The notes beneath the pieces were generated by a model. It did not search any database. It was not told the DNA's origin and saw only the letters and a list, made by a program, of their open reading frames with translations. Positions 39,952 to 52,399 of a stretch of 64,000 nucleotides of DNA are shown piece by piece. This DNA comes from Azolla caroliniana (lineage: Eukaryota > Plantae > Polypodiophyta). Location: NCBI GenBank assembly GCA_043228905.1, contig JBHGNT010000012.1, positions 1,426,001 through 1,490,000 of the forward strand. The letters are read 5' to 3'. Numbering within the stretch: position 1 is the first letter of the stretch; each line of letters begins with the position of its first letter. The position numbers and the translations under genes are program-made.

Positions 39952-42900
39952 TACGCTTCTGAACACTAAACTCTACTAGAGTTAGATTCTTTACATGGTA
40001 TCAGAGCATGAGGGTTAGAGATCCTTCACTGAGCTCTACCATTGAAACTGTGTGAGCAGCTAGAGATGCTGTTATTAAAACCTGCTAATGCCGCTGCAGT
40101 TTTGCACAGCAAGAGGCTCACGTTAACAGGATCATACGAATCAAGCTAAATCAGAAAAATGAATGCACAGATGGGTAGCGCACTTCCAACAGAGAAGTTG
40201 GACAGGCACAACTATGCATCTTGGGAATATAAGATGCATCAATACCTAGTTGGGCAAGGGTATTGGAGTTATATCGAGGGAGCTCAAGAAACAGCCCCCG
40301 ATAGTACAAATCCCAACTACCCTACATGGCAACAAGGCACCAGTAGGGTGATGTATTGTTTGGCAACATGTGTGCAAGATCACATGCTAAGCTATATTCG
40401 TGATGCGAAATCCCCAACAGAAGCGTGGAAAAACTTGAAGAAGATTTTCGCAGCTTCAACCACAGCGAGAAAACTTCAACTCCGGCAAGAGTTGAACAAT
40501 ATTGGACAAGGGGATATGTCCGTGAAGGACTACACCCTCCGGATCAAAGACTTATGCGATTCACTTGGCTCCATCAATGTCGCAGTTGATGATGACGAGA
40601 TGGTGCATATCTGCCTTGGCGGCCTCGCACAAAAATATGGCTCATTTCGAACTGCCATAACAACAAGGGAGAACCCCCCAAGCTTTTTTGACTTGCAATC
40701 CATGCTAATGGTTGAGGAGAACCATAAACGGTCGAAAAGCACGGCATCTGATGGGCAGATGCTATATACACATGATGATCTCAGTCGAGGTCACGGTCGT
40801 GGTCATGGAAATCGGGGGAGGAATGACCGAGTAAGAGGTGTACAACGTCCACAACAGTTTAATTCCAGGCAGCAAGAAGGTCGAAACAGCCGAGGGAATT
40901 CCGGTAGAAAGGGGAGGCTTCCACCAGCCTGCATCAACCAGGCATAACCAGCAAACCGAGTGCTGGTATTGTGGAAAGCCTGGCCACTTTGAAGCCGAGT
41001 GTCGGAAGAAGAAGAATGACTCAGCTGCCTCACCCCGGCAGCAAACAAACTATGCTGTGATGGCTGACCTAGAAAACAAAGCACCGATGTTTGTTATGCG
41101 ACACCGGGCGAATAGCATGATAACAAGTGTTTCCCAACCTGATGATGTATGGTTCGTGGACTCAGGTGCCTCAAATCACATGACAAGTCATCAAGAATGG
41201 TTCATGAATTTGAGGGAACCCGAGAGACCCGGCGTGGTGGAGACCGGTGATGACTCCACACACATGATTGAGCACATTGGAGATGTGGCCCTTAACAATC
41301 ATGAGAACAAGGGCTACATGAAGGATGTATTGCATGTCCCGAGAATCACAAAGAATTTGGTCTCGGTTGGCCAAATTGTCGAACAAGGAATGCAAGTACG
41401 ATTCAACCAGGAAGGTTGCTTCATCGAGGATAAAAGCCAACTTATCGCTCATGCAAGAAGAGAAGGTCGCATGTTTATTCTTGATGTGACTGAGGTGAAC
41501 ACAACAACGTATGCAAAGGGACTCAAGGCGGAGTCTGATATTGAGTTGTGGCACAAAAGGGTTGGCCATGTAAACCTCGGTAAACTCCGATCAATGCAAA
41601 CAAAAGGGGCTGTGCACGGATTGCCACGATTTACTTTGAAACATCCTGATAATGTATGTGAGACGTGCCAACTAGGCAAGCAACATAGGCATCCATTCCT
41701 AAGTGAAAGAAATGTGAGTAAAGGCTTACTGGACGTCATCCACTCAGATGTATGGGGCCCAGCTCAAACAACGACAATCGGTGGGTGTAGGTACTTCGTT
41801 ACCTTCATTGACGACTATTCGCGGCATACCTGGATATGCCCAATGAAGTTGAAAAGTGAGGTCTTCTCCCACTTTCTCAAGTTAAAGAATTGCATGGAAA
41901 ATGAGACGAATCGCAAGATTCGATGCTTACGCTCTGATGGTAGCCAAGAATACTTCTCAACCGAGTTCAAGGCCTTTCTAGAAGAGAAGGGGATTCGCCG
42001 GGAATTCTCTTGCCCATACACACCACAGCAAAACGGTGTTGCTGATCGGAAGAATCGTACAATTCTTGAGATGGCCCACGCCATGCTGCATGAGAAGAAC
42101 ATGCCCAAGATCTATTGGGCAGAGGCAGCAGTAATGGCTGTGTATCTCATCAATAGGTGCACAACCGAGGGCGTCCATGACATCAACCCTCACGAGAAGT
42201 ATTTTGGGACAAAGCCAGACCTTTCACACTTGAAGGTTTTTGGCAACATTGCATTCGTGCATGTCCCCAATGAGAAGCGGAGAAAGCTTGACCCAAAATC
42301 AGAGAAGATGATCCTCGTTGGGTACTCACTTGAGCAAAAGGGCTACAAGTGTTTTAACCCCATCACTCGACAGTCACGAGTAAGCCGAGATGTGGTATTT
42401 GATGAGGTGACATCATGGTATGGCCCAACATCAGTGACCCCCACCGTGCTCGAAACAAGCAGATCTGGAGCAGATTCTGAGAGTGAAGAAGAAGAGATGC
42501 TAATGACCATTATGGGTGGAGAACCAGTAGAGAGTCTACCCACACTCCAGCTGACTGAACCTGAGGTGTCATCCAGCAATCAGAGTCTTGCACAGCATGA
42601 AGAAACCTCTGATGTGCTGTCACCTTTGTGCTACACCCGTAGAAAGAAAGAAAAGGGCAAGATGCCTGAGCAAGAGGCCAAGGAAATGACATCCAGTGAA
42701 GACTCAGATCATTCACCCCGATCAGTCCACAGCAAGTATGAAATGAAGAAGGCCCCGGAAATGACAAAGGAAAACTCCGTCAATCGAACCGACAAAAGAG
42801 CCTGATAGTTAGGTTCAGGTACAATGAGTACATGGCCCACCACTATGCATTCATGATGAAGGTCGCAGCAGACCAAGAACCCGAGACTTACAAAGAAGCT

Positions 42901-45900
42901 GCCCAAGATCCCCGGTGGATCGAGGCAATGAGGGAAGAGATGCACGCGTTGTTTGACAGTGATACTTGGGATTTAATCCCATCCTCTGAAATCAAGAAAA
43001 AGCCAATTGGTTGCCGCTGGGTGTTCAAGATAAAGCATAATACGGATGGCACGGTCAATCGGTTCAAGGCTCGGTTAGTCGCCAAAGGGTATGCTCAAAC
43101 CCATGGCATAGACTATGAGGAGACATTTGCCCCGGTGGCAAAAATGACCACTGTGAGGACAGTAATTGCTCTCGCAGCAGCGAAAGGATGGCACTTGCAT
43201 CAAATGGATGTGAAGAACGCATTCCTCCAAGGTGAGCTCGAGGAGGAAGTTTACATGATGCAACCACTTGGCTTTGAATCAAACAAACATCCACATGCAG
43301 TTTGCTGATTGAAGAAGCTGCTCTATGGACTGAAGCAAGCCCCAAGAGCATGGCATTCAAAGATCACATCATATCTTCACGACATTGGCTTCCGGATGTC
43401 AAAATCTGATAACTCGTTGTATGTTCAGAACAATCCCAAAAGCCCCATCTTCTTAATCTTGTATGTCAATGACCTTGTCATCGGTGGAGAAAGCCTCACC
43501 AAGACACAAAAGATTAAAAGGCTGCTTTTGCAGAAGTTCGAGATGAAGGATCTGAATGACTTACATTATTTTCTCGACATCGAGGTCATTCAAACTCCAG
43601 AAGGGTTCCTACTCTCACAAAGACATTATGTGTTGAACTTGCTCTACAAGTTCGGAATGACCGAGTGTAAGTCCATCTCAACACCCCTTGATCGAAATAT
43701 GAAGCTAACAGCAGATTCTGGAAAATTCTGTGAGCCAACACAGTATCGCCAAATAATTGGGAGTCTTATCTACTTAACTATCACCCGACCAGACCTCAGC
43801 TATCCGGTCGGGGTTCTTCGCCAGTTCATGGAAACCCCCCGTGACACTCACATGGATTATGCTAAGCGAGTGTTACGTTATATTAGTGGAACACTTGATT
43901 ATGGTATCTTCTATAAACGTGGAGCACCACTTCAACTCGAAGGCTTCACAAATGCTGATTGGGCCGGCAATGCATCTGATAGGCGATCCACTTCGGGATT
44001 TATGTTTTCACTCAATAGTGGAGCAATCTCTTGGAGCAGCAAGAAACAACCAACAGTCGCTCTATCGAGCACTGAGGCAGAGTATAGGGCTGCAGCTGTA
44101 GCTGCTTGCGAAGCTGTATGGCTTAAAAGACTGCTGAAAGACTTCAACGAATTGGTGAACAAACCAATACTAATCCACTACGATAATCTCAGCAGCATCC
44201 AGCTTGCAAAGAATCCAGTGTTTCACGCCCGGACTAAGCACATCGAGGTGCACTATCATTACATCCATGAGCGCATATTGGCCGGTGACATTGACCTCCA
44301 ATACGTTGGCACCAACATGCAAGTGGCTGATATTTTCACTAAGGCGCTAGGTCTCGACAAGCTACGACAATTCTCAGTGGATCTAGGCCTTAGACCACTC
44401 GATATGCTGAGCTTGGGGGAGAGTAAAAGTACAAAGACGAAAGAAAACATGGAGAATCAGCACCATACAAGAGGAAGAGTGAGACCGGCATTGGCAAAAT
44501 AAGGCCAGCACATCTAATCCGACTTGACTCGGCAAGTTAGAGGAAGACTTTCCAAAGCCCGGAATTTTTGAAGCTTGAAATTTTGGATTGGCAAGATCGA
44601 CATTGGTAGATCAAGATCGAGTACATAGGAACAATGTGAAAACCACGGTCTAGTAGTCCGACCAACTACAGTTGGGTCTTCAACTACACCAAGACAACCA
44701 AGCTTAAGAGGACACACAATTGACCTTGAGGGGGCGTGTTGAGAATCAAGCTCAACTTGTGTGAGCATGTGCTTGTGAAAAAAAGGACGATGTATGAAGA
44801 AGTGTGTGAGCACACTTTATTGTAATCCGTGTAGTTGTCAAGTGTTACTGTGGTCAAAGAATATTAGATATTCTTATGACAAAATTGTCCTCAAGTGGAT
44901 ATCTTGGTTAGATTCCACCAACACATTTAATAGGGCAGTCCCTTGAGGACTTGTATATAAAACCCCCTTTGGCCATTCAGTTTAGTTGATGATCTTTAGA
45001 TAATTTATATAGCTCTCGTAAGTGCATAAGCTGTCATCCCCCTATTGTGTGTTTTCTTATTTTTCTGGTTATTCTCTGTAATTCCTTCTCTTGCTTATAC
45101 ATTCACTCTCTCTCTCTCACACACACACTACGCTTCTGAATACTAAACTCTACTAGAGTTAGATTCTTCACAGTATGCATGTAGTCTATCGAGGATACCA
45201 ATGGTTGCATACCCTCATGGAGCTGCTACTCAGAGAATCATGAGCTTGTGAATGTGATTGCTAGATTGCCAAAGGAGAACATGTGCAAACTATACAGATG
45301 TCCTCTCAATAAGAAAAATCCTTATATCTTACTAGCACATTGACAGCATCCATATGTCTCTATAATCCATCTGGACTCGAGCAGTAAATCAGCACAGGCA
45401 TAAAAAAAAGGTGCATTGACTCTCTCAAGATCTAGCAGATTGGCCTCTAATGTTATCTTCTTCACTAATTCTATAGATTGCTTATAAGCTGAGCAAATTC
45501 AGAATAGATTCCAATATTTGCATCTTCCAAGTTGTTCAATTAGAAATGTATAAGTTCCTCTTTTATGTTTGCGATTCACATCAATTCAGTTTTAATAGTT
45601 TTTCAGCTATCGGAGAATATCTATTTTGATATATCAAACTTGACGTTCTAAAATACATCCGCAAACAATTTTCACGCGTCATAAACATGCACTAAAAGTC
45701 TAATATACTATAACTAATCCTAGTAACTTAAATTTTACCTCTTCTTTTTTCTTTTCTGACAATGATCCTGGCATGGTGATGTCTAGAGCATTCATCACAC
45801 TTTCAGCTGCCCGCTCCAGTTGTCCTCTCTCTACATCAGGATCATCTTCTGCACTTTCAACATCATTCTCAGCATGATGATTATCCTTTGAAAGACTGAA

Positions 45901-48900
45901 TACATCCTTCTGATCTAATTCTTGCAGTTTATTCTGTTCATTAAGGCTGAGATCCCAATCTGAAACTTTCTCGTCCATACCATCATGACTGTTCTCTTCA
46001 GTAATATGTGTTCTCCTACCACTTGTTAGTGATCCTTGATTCTTAGAACTAAATAACTGTTCACTGAATAAACCCCACTCCTTTGGTGGTTTATATGTTA
46101 CGTCAATCCCTTCTAACAATGGATGGCGTCCTTTTAAGAATGCTAACTCAACAGCTGCAAGCCACTGCAGTTGAGATGTTAAGTTTTAAATTGTATATGT
46201 TCAAAACAAACTCCCTGAAAAATTGCATCCCTACCATTACACTACCTCGATGATAAGAGAATCATGCTGCATTCTAGAAAGCTCTTGCTGGTTTGTGTAC
46301 CACTTCAGTTTCCATGTTTTTCTAAGGGATAAAATTAAAGTTGCATAAGCATTCTTCTCAAAAACATGGCCTGGAACCGAAAATGATTTTCCAATAGCAT
46401 CGTCATCCTGAAAAAAAGATTGACCATTATCTAACTGGATATGTTTCACAGATAAATATATCCAGATATTAAGTGAAATGTTAACTTGCCTGAATACATA
46501 ATATAGGTACTCTAACATTATCGATCCACGATCGGCTGCTTGAATCCTCATAAAAGGCATGTACATCATCAAAACCATTGGAAACCATAGAGATTACTTT
46601 GTCAAATTCCCGCACTGATTTTGATGATAGACCTTTTCTAACATCAAACTTGTTTTTTCTTCCTTCAAACATCATCTGCATGAATAAATATTAAGAATGT
46701 TTTGAATGCAGATGAGATAAAGAAATGTTGTGTTGAAGACAATAAGTTGATGGGATGGTGTTGTCACACACACCAAGGGGTGGATTGTAAGATTGTGTGG
46801 GTGTGATGTTGAGAGATTGTATTGTATTGTAAAGTCGGTTGTGAGTTTGTAGACTGTTGACAGTAGTACAGTTGTGAAGCCTTATTAGGTTCCTTGCATG
46901 GATCGTGCATTGTAACAAGTGATGTCCCTAGTTGATCTCAAATAGACCATTACTACATAATTTAACCCATTGTTGCTATTTCCTTTGGTCCACTATATGA
47001 ACCCTCACTCATTTCTTGTGTCCACACCAACCAACTCTTGGGTTGCACCTAGGCCCCTCGCCTCTTCATTCTCATTCTATCCAATTCACTCACCCTCATT
47101 CTCATCCAATTACCCAATCCATTCACCTGATCCACTTATCCTCATCCTCATTTCCGATCCACTCCACTCATCCTCATTCTTTAAGCCACTCTCATCTTCT
47201 AATCCCCATATCCGCACATCCTTAGGCCTGATGTTTGTGGTTGCAGCTATTTATGTTCGTAGTATTTTAAGGCGAAAAGGCATAACACTTGGTAATGAGA
47301 AAAAACAAGCCAAGTTGGTATAGCGAACCTGATTTTCCTTCAAAATTTGTACAAATCCATTTGTCATACATTGATCAAAATCAGTAGCTCTGGTGTCTGA
47401 AGAGGCTTTTGTTGATTCTTCTAAATCAAATGGATTATTGATGCAGACAGCTGCCGTCACCGGTGTAGCTGATGCTTCCTCACCAAGATATTTGGCCAGC
47501 ATATTCGCACCATACCCCCATCCAATTGCCATGATCGTTGTCCAAGGTCTTGATCTAGAGACAAAATCAACAACTTCATGTACATCGCGGCTGTCTCCTG
47601 CTGTAAACATCCTAATATGTTGGAACATTAGGAATAACTCATCATGAATCAAAGAATGGTACAATATACTAAAAGAAAATATATCTAATTCCAATAAATC
47701 AAAGAAAGGAGTGTTATACTACTGCACAGATTAGATAAATTCATCTTTTCTTTCCGTAATCAAATACACTACTACTATCACATGAGGCGTCCACCTACAG
47801 TCCCATCTTGGAGGCTTCTCAACCTTCAGAAACCAGAGCACTAAGCTCTACAGGTATCTAATGTTTGTATGAGAGCAAATACAGTAGCCAAAATCATTAT
47901 TCTGATGTATTTCTCTTTCGATTGACACAACATTGTCAACCTCACACCAGCATTGAGCACTCATATATTAATGGTGCAGGTACAATGTACTTCATTACTC
48001 TAAATTACGAGACATATTCTTCCTTCAGAAAGGATATCCTACATGGAATAAGTATGAAAGGAAATATTTAGATCACCCCATTGTTCCTCTTTGTTAAATA
48101 CACTAGAAATGATCATTGTCATAAATACTGTATGTGACATGTCTGCGGCAACTCATCATCAGTAAGTGTAAAGTATCATACCCTGCCATTAGAGATCTAT
48201 TTTGCACCTAGCCATGATGGTTATCTTGAAAGGACAATAATTCCAACCACTATACTGAGCATTCTTTATTAGGTTTGTTCATATCTTCATGTTCTCCATA
48301 ATTGGATCTATGAGACAATATTTACAGTCCATATGATTGTAGCTCAATCACATCAAATAAGCTCCTTTATTTTTCATTTCTCGTTGATAGGACAAAATTT
48401 GCAGTTGCATCCTTTTTTCCATGAGGTTTCCTAAAGACGGTTATATATCACCTTTTCAATCTTCCTCCATGCCTCATTTTGCCTATAATGCCCTGTATGA
48501 GGGTCATTTTGGCATGACGAAAGATCAACCTCTGACAATCATGTGCTGATGATTTTCCTTTGCATAAGTTTGTTCCCCTTGACCTACTTTGGCTAGATGC
48601 CCTTGGAAAATTTACAATCTCCTTCTTCAATTCACTTCCAGAGTTTGTTCCCCGTCAGCACACTTCCAAAAGCTGTCCACCTCTGCATGATCACTCACTC
48701 TTGCCTCATGCCACAATCATTCTTTGGTTGTAGGGTTTTGAGCACAGCCCCTGGAGTTTCATGTGTTGCCATTACCAAGCTTTCGATTCTCTCTTCAACA
48801 TTTTGATTTTTAAAAAAACGTAATAAATGCTCAAAGCTTTGATTTCATGTATCAATGAGTCATTAGTTTTTTTTTTAGTATTAGAGTCAGGTTAATATAT

Positions 48901-50011
48901 TGATTATAAAACATATAAGCCTCACAGTGTCAAATCAAGAAAAATAGAAGGCTTCAGCACCATACCTTGGTGTAATCAATGGAGAACCTCCACATCCCCT
49001 CGGGTTCATGACAATCGGGAAGTATCCACACCTAACAGATCTTTGTACAAAAGACTGAATATTTTGGTTCCCACTACCTTCTGATGTACCAGCAATGAGG
49101 AGAAATGTTGTGTCCAATCCATTCTCTCCTGATAAATCTAAGTGAGAAGGCCAATCAATAGCCAAAACACCTCCATCTCCAACATGGATATAGCTTCTCT
49201 GATACCCACTTAACATACCATCAATCAAAACCGGAATTTGTTTAAAACTCCTATTAGAACTTGGGATTGGAAATCTTGTAAAACCTTTGCTTGATCTTGG
49301 AACTTGCCTGAAATTCAAGTCAGAGCTGGGATTTTGTTGGAAATTGGTGATAAATGTGGAAGCTAACCTTGGGATGAATCCACCCCAGTCTTCATCATCG
49401 TCATCATTTTGGCTACGATCTGACACACCATCAGTAGTCCTCAACTTCACAAAGTGGCGGCTTTCTACAAGAAGCTTCTTAGTGATCCCCTCTTCATACG
49501 CATCATCTCCTTCCTCTTCGAACTCTATAGATTGGCATCTCATCAACACAAACCGATTGAATGGTGTAGGATTCATGACTAACAGCCAATTTTCTTCTTC
49601 TTCTTCTAAAACATTGAGGTTTTTTCCTACAGAATTAGGGCTTTCCATCCTCTCGTCCTTCTCAATTGTTGAATTTGATGTCAAAAGGTAGCTTGCAACG
49701 CCACCCAGAAATGCTGATACCACAATATCAATGGGGAAAAATGAAGCCTTATTGGAAGGCTCACCTGAAATGGACTTAGAAACCATAGCTGCTTCTCTAC
49801 GAAGAAACTCGACCAAATAATGACCACATTCAGTCAGGCGCTGGGCTTCAGTTTCAAACTGGAATCTTGCGATAGGATGGAACCTGCGTCTCGGGTGGAG
49901 ATTCTTCCTACTAAGGAAGGATCTTCGACCACGGAGGCCAGATTCTCCAATGGATGAGGAGTTCTGCATGGGGGGAGCTACAGCAGCGGCAGTCCAGAAT
50001 AAAGCCATCAT
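29944..50011 (-). CDS. Large alpha/beta-hydrolase-like (ABHD/YheT-like) + CAAX amino-terminal protease (CPBP/Abi)-like protein, At2g03140-type; 10 exons, ~1960 aa; probable plastid transit peptide
   Basis: Exons 50011-48966, 47611-47329, 46675-46490, 46407-46246, 46164-45739, 35817-33062, 32990-32835, 31612-31375, 31254(or 31248)-30938, 30262-29944; phases consistent (5889 nt). Motifs PTPFNRFVL.RC, DGGVLAIDWP, MNPRGCGGSPLITPR, RPWTT...GWGYGANMLAKYLGE, WLAAVEL.FLKGRHPLL, PVVPVKEDGEVDHDR, ELIFRSWL. Family assignment from memory of the plant orthologs. Confidence 0.9.
31887..32292 (+). mobile_element. 5'-truncated LINE 3' end, same family as 4610-5175
   Basis: Aligns by eye with ~4769-5170 (ORF CKVCNEGMVEDECHLLF.C..., same 3' UTR and AAATTCT tail); lies in intron 7 of the CPBP-like gene, antisense to it. 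Confidence 0.85.
36180..36290 (+). mobile_element. Short 3'-end fragment of a second LINE/SINE-like family
   Basis: ttattttggtt...aaagatgaga...gatgtaatttcttgtt...ggccattttggcctct...(tttc) matches 37255-37365 and 38120-38189/38638-38694. Confidence 0.65.
36600..37365 (+). mobile_element. Internally deleted, frameshifted LINE: RT N-terminal fragment joined to a 3' end with (TTTC)n tail
   Basis: LLAHIFN...LP..W....IVPILKSGD...P..YRTI and, after a frameshift, FRKGFTTLDHILTLRALIE (non-LTR RT motifs), then from ~37110 the 3'-end repeat. Confidence 0.75.
37956..38694 (+). mobile_element. Third copy of the (TTTC)n-tailed LINE-like 3' end, split by a solo LTR
   Basis: 37956-38189 matches 37110-37320; homology resumes at 38638 (ttatgggccattttggcctctt...tttctttc). 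Confidence 0.75.
38190..38637 (-). mobile_element. Solo LTR, 448 bp
   Basis: Starts TG and ends CA; 5-bp target-site duplication TTATG (38185-38189 and 38638-38642); TATAAATA on the minus strand at 38361-38368; cleanly interrupts a repeat that is intact at ~37310-37340. Confidence 0.85.
39500..45172 (+). mobile_element. Full-length but decayed Ty1/copia LTR retrotransposon in intron 5 of the CPBP-like gene
   Basis: LTRs 39500-39995 and 44737-45172 (TG..CA); TSD GTATG both sides; PBS TGGTATCAGAGC 39996-40007 (tRNA-iMet); PPT GAGGGGGCG 44728-44736; domain order gag-PR-IN-RT-RH. Confidence 0.97.
40159..44502 (+). pseudogene. Copia gag-pol, broken by frameshifts (~40920, ~42800) and a stop (43306-43308)
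   Basis: Gag NYASWEYKM, zinc knuckle CWYCGKPGHFEAEC, protease WFVDSGASNHM, integrase IHSDVWGP/FIDDYSR/LRSDG/PQQNGVA, RT KARLVAKGY..QMDVKNAFL..LYGLKQAPRAW..LYVND, RNase H ADWAG..SWSSKKQ..ALSSTEAEY..TKHIEVHYH. Confidence 0.93.
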
Positions 50012-50488
50012 TGAACAAAGAAGGTACCATCAAACCCCCCCTGCAACAGGGGGGGAATAAGATTGAGGCTTCTCTCTCTAGCTATGGTTGTCTCTCTTTC
50101 TCTGCTTAAAACTCTGTGTGTGTGTGTGTGTGTCTCTCGCTCACTTTCTCTATCGTACCGCTATCATTTTCTCTATCTATAACTGAATATACCTCTCTCT
50201 TGCCATGGCTCTTTGCTCTTGGCTCTGGCTCTGGCTCTGGCTATGGCTATGGCTTTCTCTCTTCCATCAATGGAGATCAACACCAAAACCCCTGGAATTT
50301 TTTTTTGTGATCCTCAAATTTCAAGTATAATTCTCTGATGTATGAATCAATCAATGAAATATCCTTCTCCTCCTCATTCATTCATTCATTCCAACCCCAC
50401 CACCAATTTGACTCTTTTTCAGCAATTTGAGGCTATTATGCCATACATGTGAAACACTGTAATCTGTCAACTATATACATACATATAT

Positions 50489-50520
<32 letters not shown>

Positions 50521-51128
50521 GAATATATATATGTGTGTAATATGAATATATATATGTAAAACAGTGTAATCTGTCTAAAATACAATAAGTTCAGTTAAGT
50601 TATATGCATATATATATATATACAAATACTATGTATATGTATGTTTGTTTTGGAATTATATGTATCAACACTATATCATATATACAAAAATATAACTTCT
50701 TATAGTATATAATAATTGTGAATTTATAATTGATGTAAGGAGTTCATTTTGCTTAATATACAAATATAACTTGTTAAAGTATAATAATTGTTGTTATTTA
50801 TAATTTTATGTGAGGACTCAGGAGTTCATTTTGTATGGACAACTTGCACATGTTGAGTTCTTGAAACTTTTGTGCAAAAAACATTAAATATATGGACATA
50901 TAGTACCCCAACATTGCTCCTAGGATTTGTGGGTGTGATTAAGCCCTTCTCTTCATGGTCGAGGCCTCGAATTCATGCCAAAGGCCATCCATTTCACATT
51001 GAATTTTGACCTTCCCAACCTCCAACAAGACAAAACTACTATAGGATTTCTGCTTTAGGAAGCATAAAATCACCACATAAAAGCACAATGTGGACAAGAT
51101 TTGCGACTACGAATTTGAAATAGCTTAA

Positions 51129-51158
51129 TGTACGCATTCATGTAGCGGAAGAGATGTG

Positions 51159-51206
<48 letters not shown>

Positions 51207-51680
51207 AAGGAGGAGAGGAGAGGAGAGAAACACAAGATAGATAAAAGAAATGAAGTACTCAAGAAGAAGATGTATATTAACAAGGAGAATATCCAATACA
51301 AAAATGTAGCATTACAATGGAGGATAACCAACTCTTTATGAAGTAGGAGGAGAGTGCTTTATATAAGGTTGCCATCATTCTTTATTAACTTACTAAAACA
51401 CCCACTCTCTCTCTAGAGTTATAGAAGCTCATGAGTCATGGGGAATGTGGAAACTCATTAGTTATGTGGCATAGAATATGATTCTATGACACATAGTTAA
51501 TGTGTAGAAAGTAGTGGTGACTTTTGACCTTTGAATATTCATACATTCTCAAAAGGTGTGTTCACACACTAGACTAGGTTGAGCTTGATTCTCAACACAC
51601 CCCCTCAAGCTCAACTTGGTAAGGCTTTTGGCTTTCGGCCTTCCTATGGTGTCCGTCTCAACTGATGTCTGCTTCGGTTG
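51129..51680 (-). mobile_element. Copia element A: 3' LTR (~51129-51597), PPT and ~80 nt of internal region
   Basis: Minus-strand LTR begins TGTTGAGAATCAAGCTCAAC (identical to the LTR start at 44737), preceded by a G-rich PPT; similar to the LTR at 58718-59117; contains (TG)n. Left boundary approximate. Confidence 0.8.
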
Positions 51681-52399
51681 TGTAAAGAATCAAGATGTTA
51701 CGGGCATGACCATATAATATCCCGTGGTAAGAATTTACCGTAGTATTCTATACACGTGGATAAGTGTGAGGGTTAAATGAGAGTGTAAAGAAGGGGAGGA
51801 TTACTTTTAATCCTCGGGATTGAGACAACCCATTAGGTCAAGTGTGAACTTGCCTGGGGGCCTTGGGTTTCGCTATAAATAAGAGGCCTAGCTACCCTCA
51901 TTTGATCATCTTTTGACTACATCGAGACTCTGCTCGTGTGGTGGGTCAACTCTTGTAGCGAGCGCGCCAGCACCAGGTACGACTCGACGCCACGGCGGTG
52001 GTATGGGACGCCGATCGAGGCTCGAGTCCGTCTCGATCCCTTCGCTCGGGGGTGGTCGGGTGGATCGGCACCCTTCTTTCTCTTTCTCCTTTCTATCTAT
52101 CTTTTCATTATCCTTATCTTAAGCTTACGTTAGTACTAAGATCTATAATATTTGGTATCAGATTTTTGTACTAATGTTTCTTTGTTTTTCATTTGTCTTT
52201 TGATTGATGCTGATCGATCGTTGTGCGGTTGGCCTTGATCCAGACAACGATCAACAAAGAACTTCCGTAACTCTTTCCATAATTTTTCTTTCTATTCTCT
52301 CTTCTCCCATCTAATCATGTGTTTCGTTTATATGTAATTTTTTTCATTAAATCAATGATGTTGTAGTGGTCTTTAATTGATTATCTAAAACGTTTACAT

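Noticed and set aside
40900-40950. Programmed gag/pol frameshift in the intronic copia
   Set aside because: The shift lies upstream of the zinc knuckle and the element has other disabling lesions; simple indel decay is more likely.
46690-47230. LTR-like fragment in intron 2 of the CPBP-like gene
   Set aside because: Composition is suggestive but I found no termini or TSD.
16656-50011. LEA, NLP and CPBP-like genes co-oriented as a possible functional cluster
   Set aside because: Unrelated functions, separate promoters and kb-scale spacers; no evidence of co-regulation.
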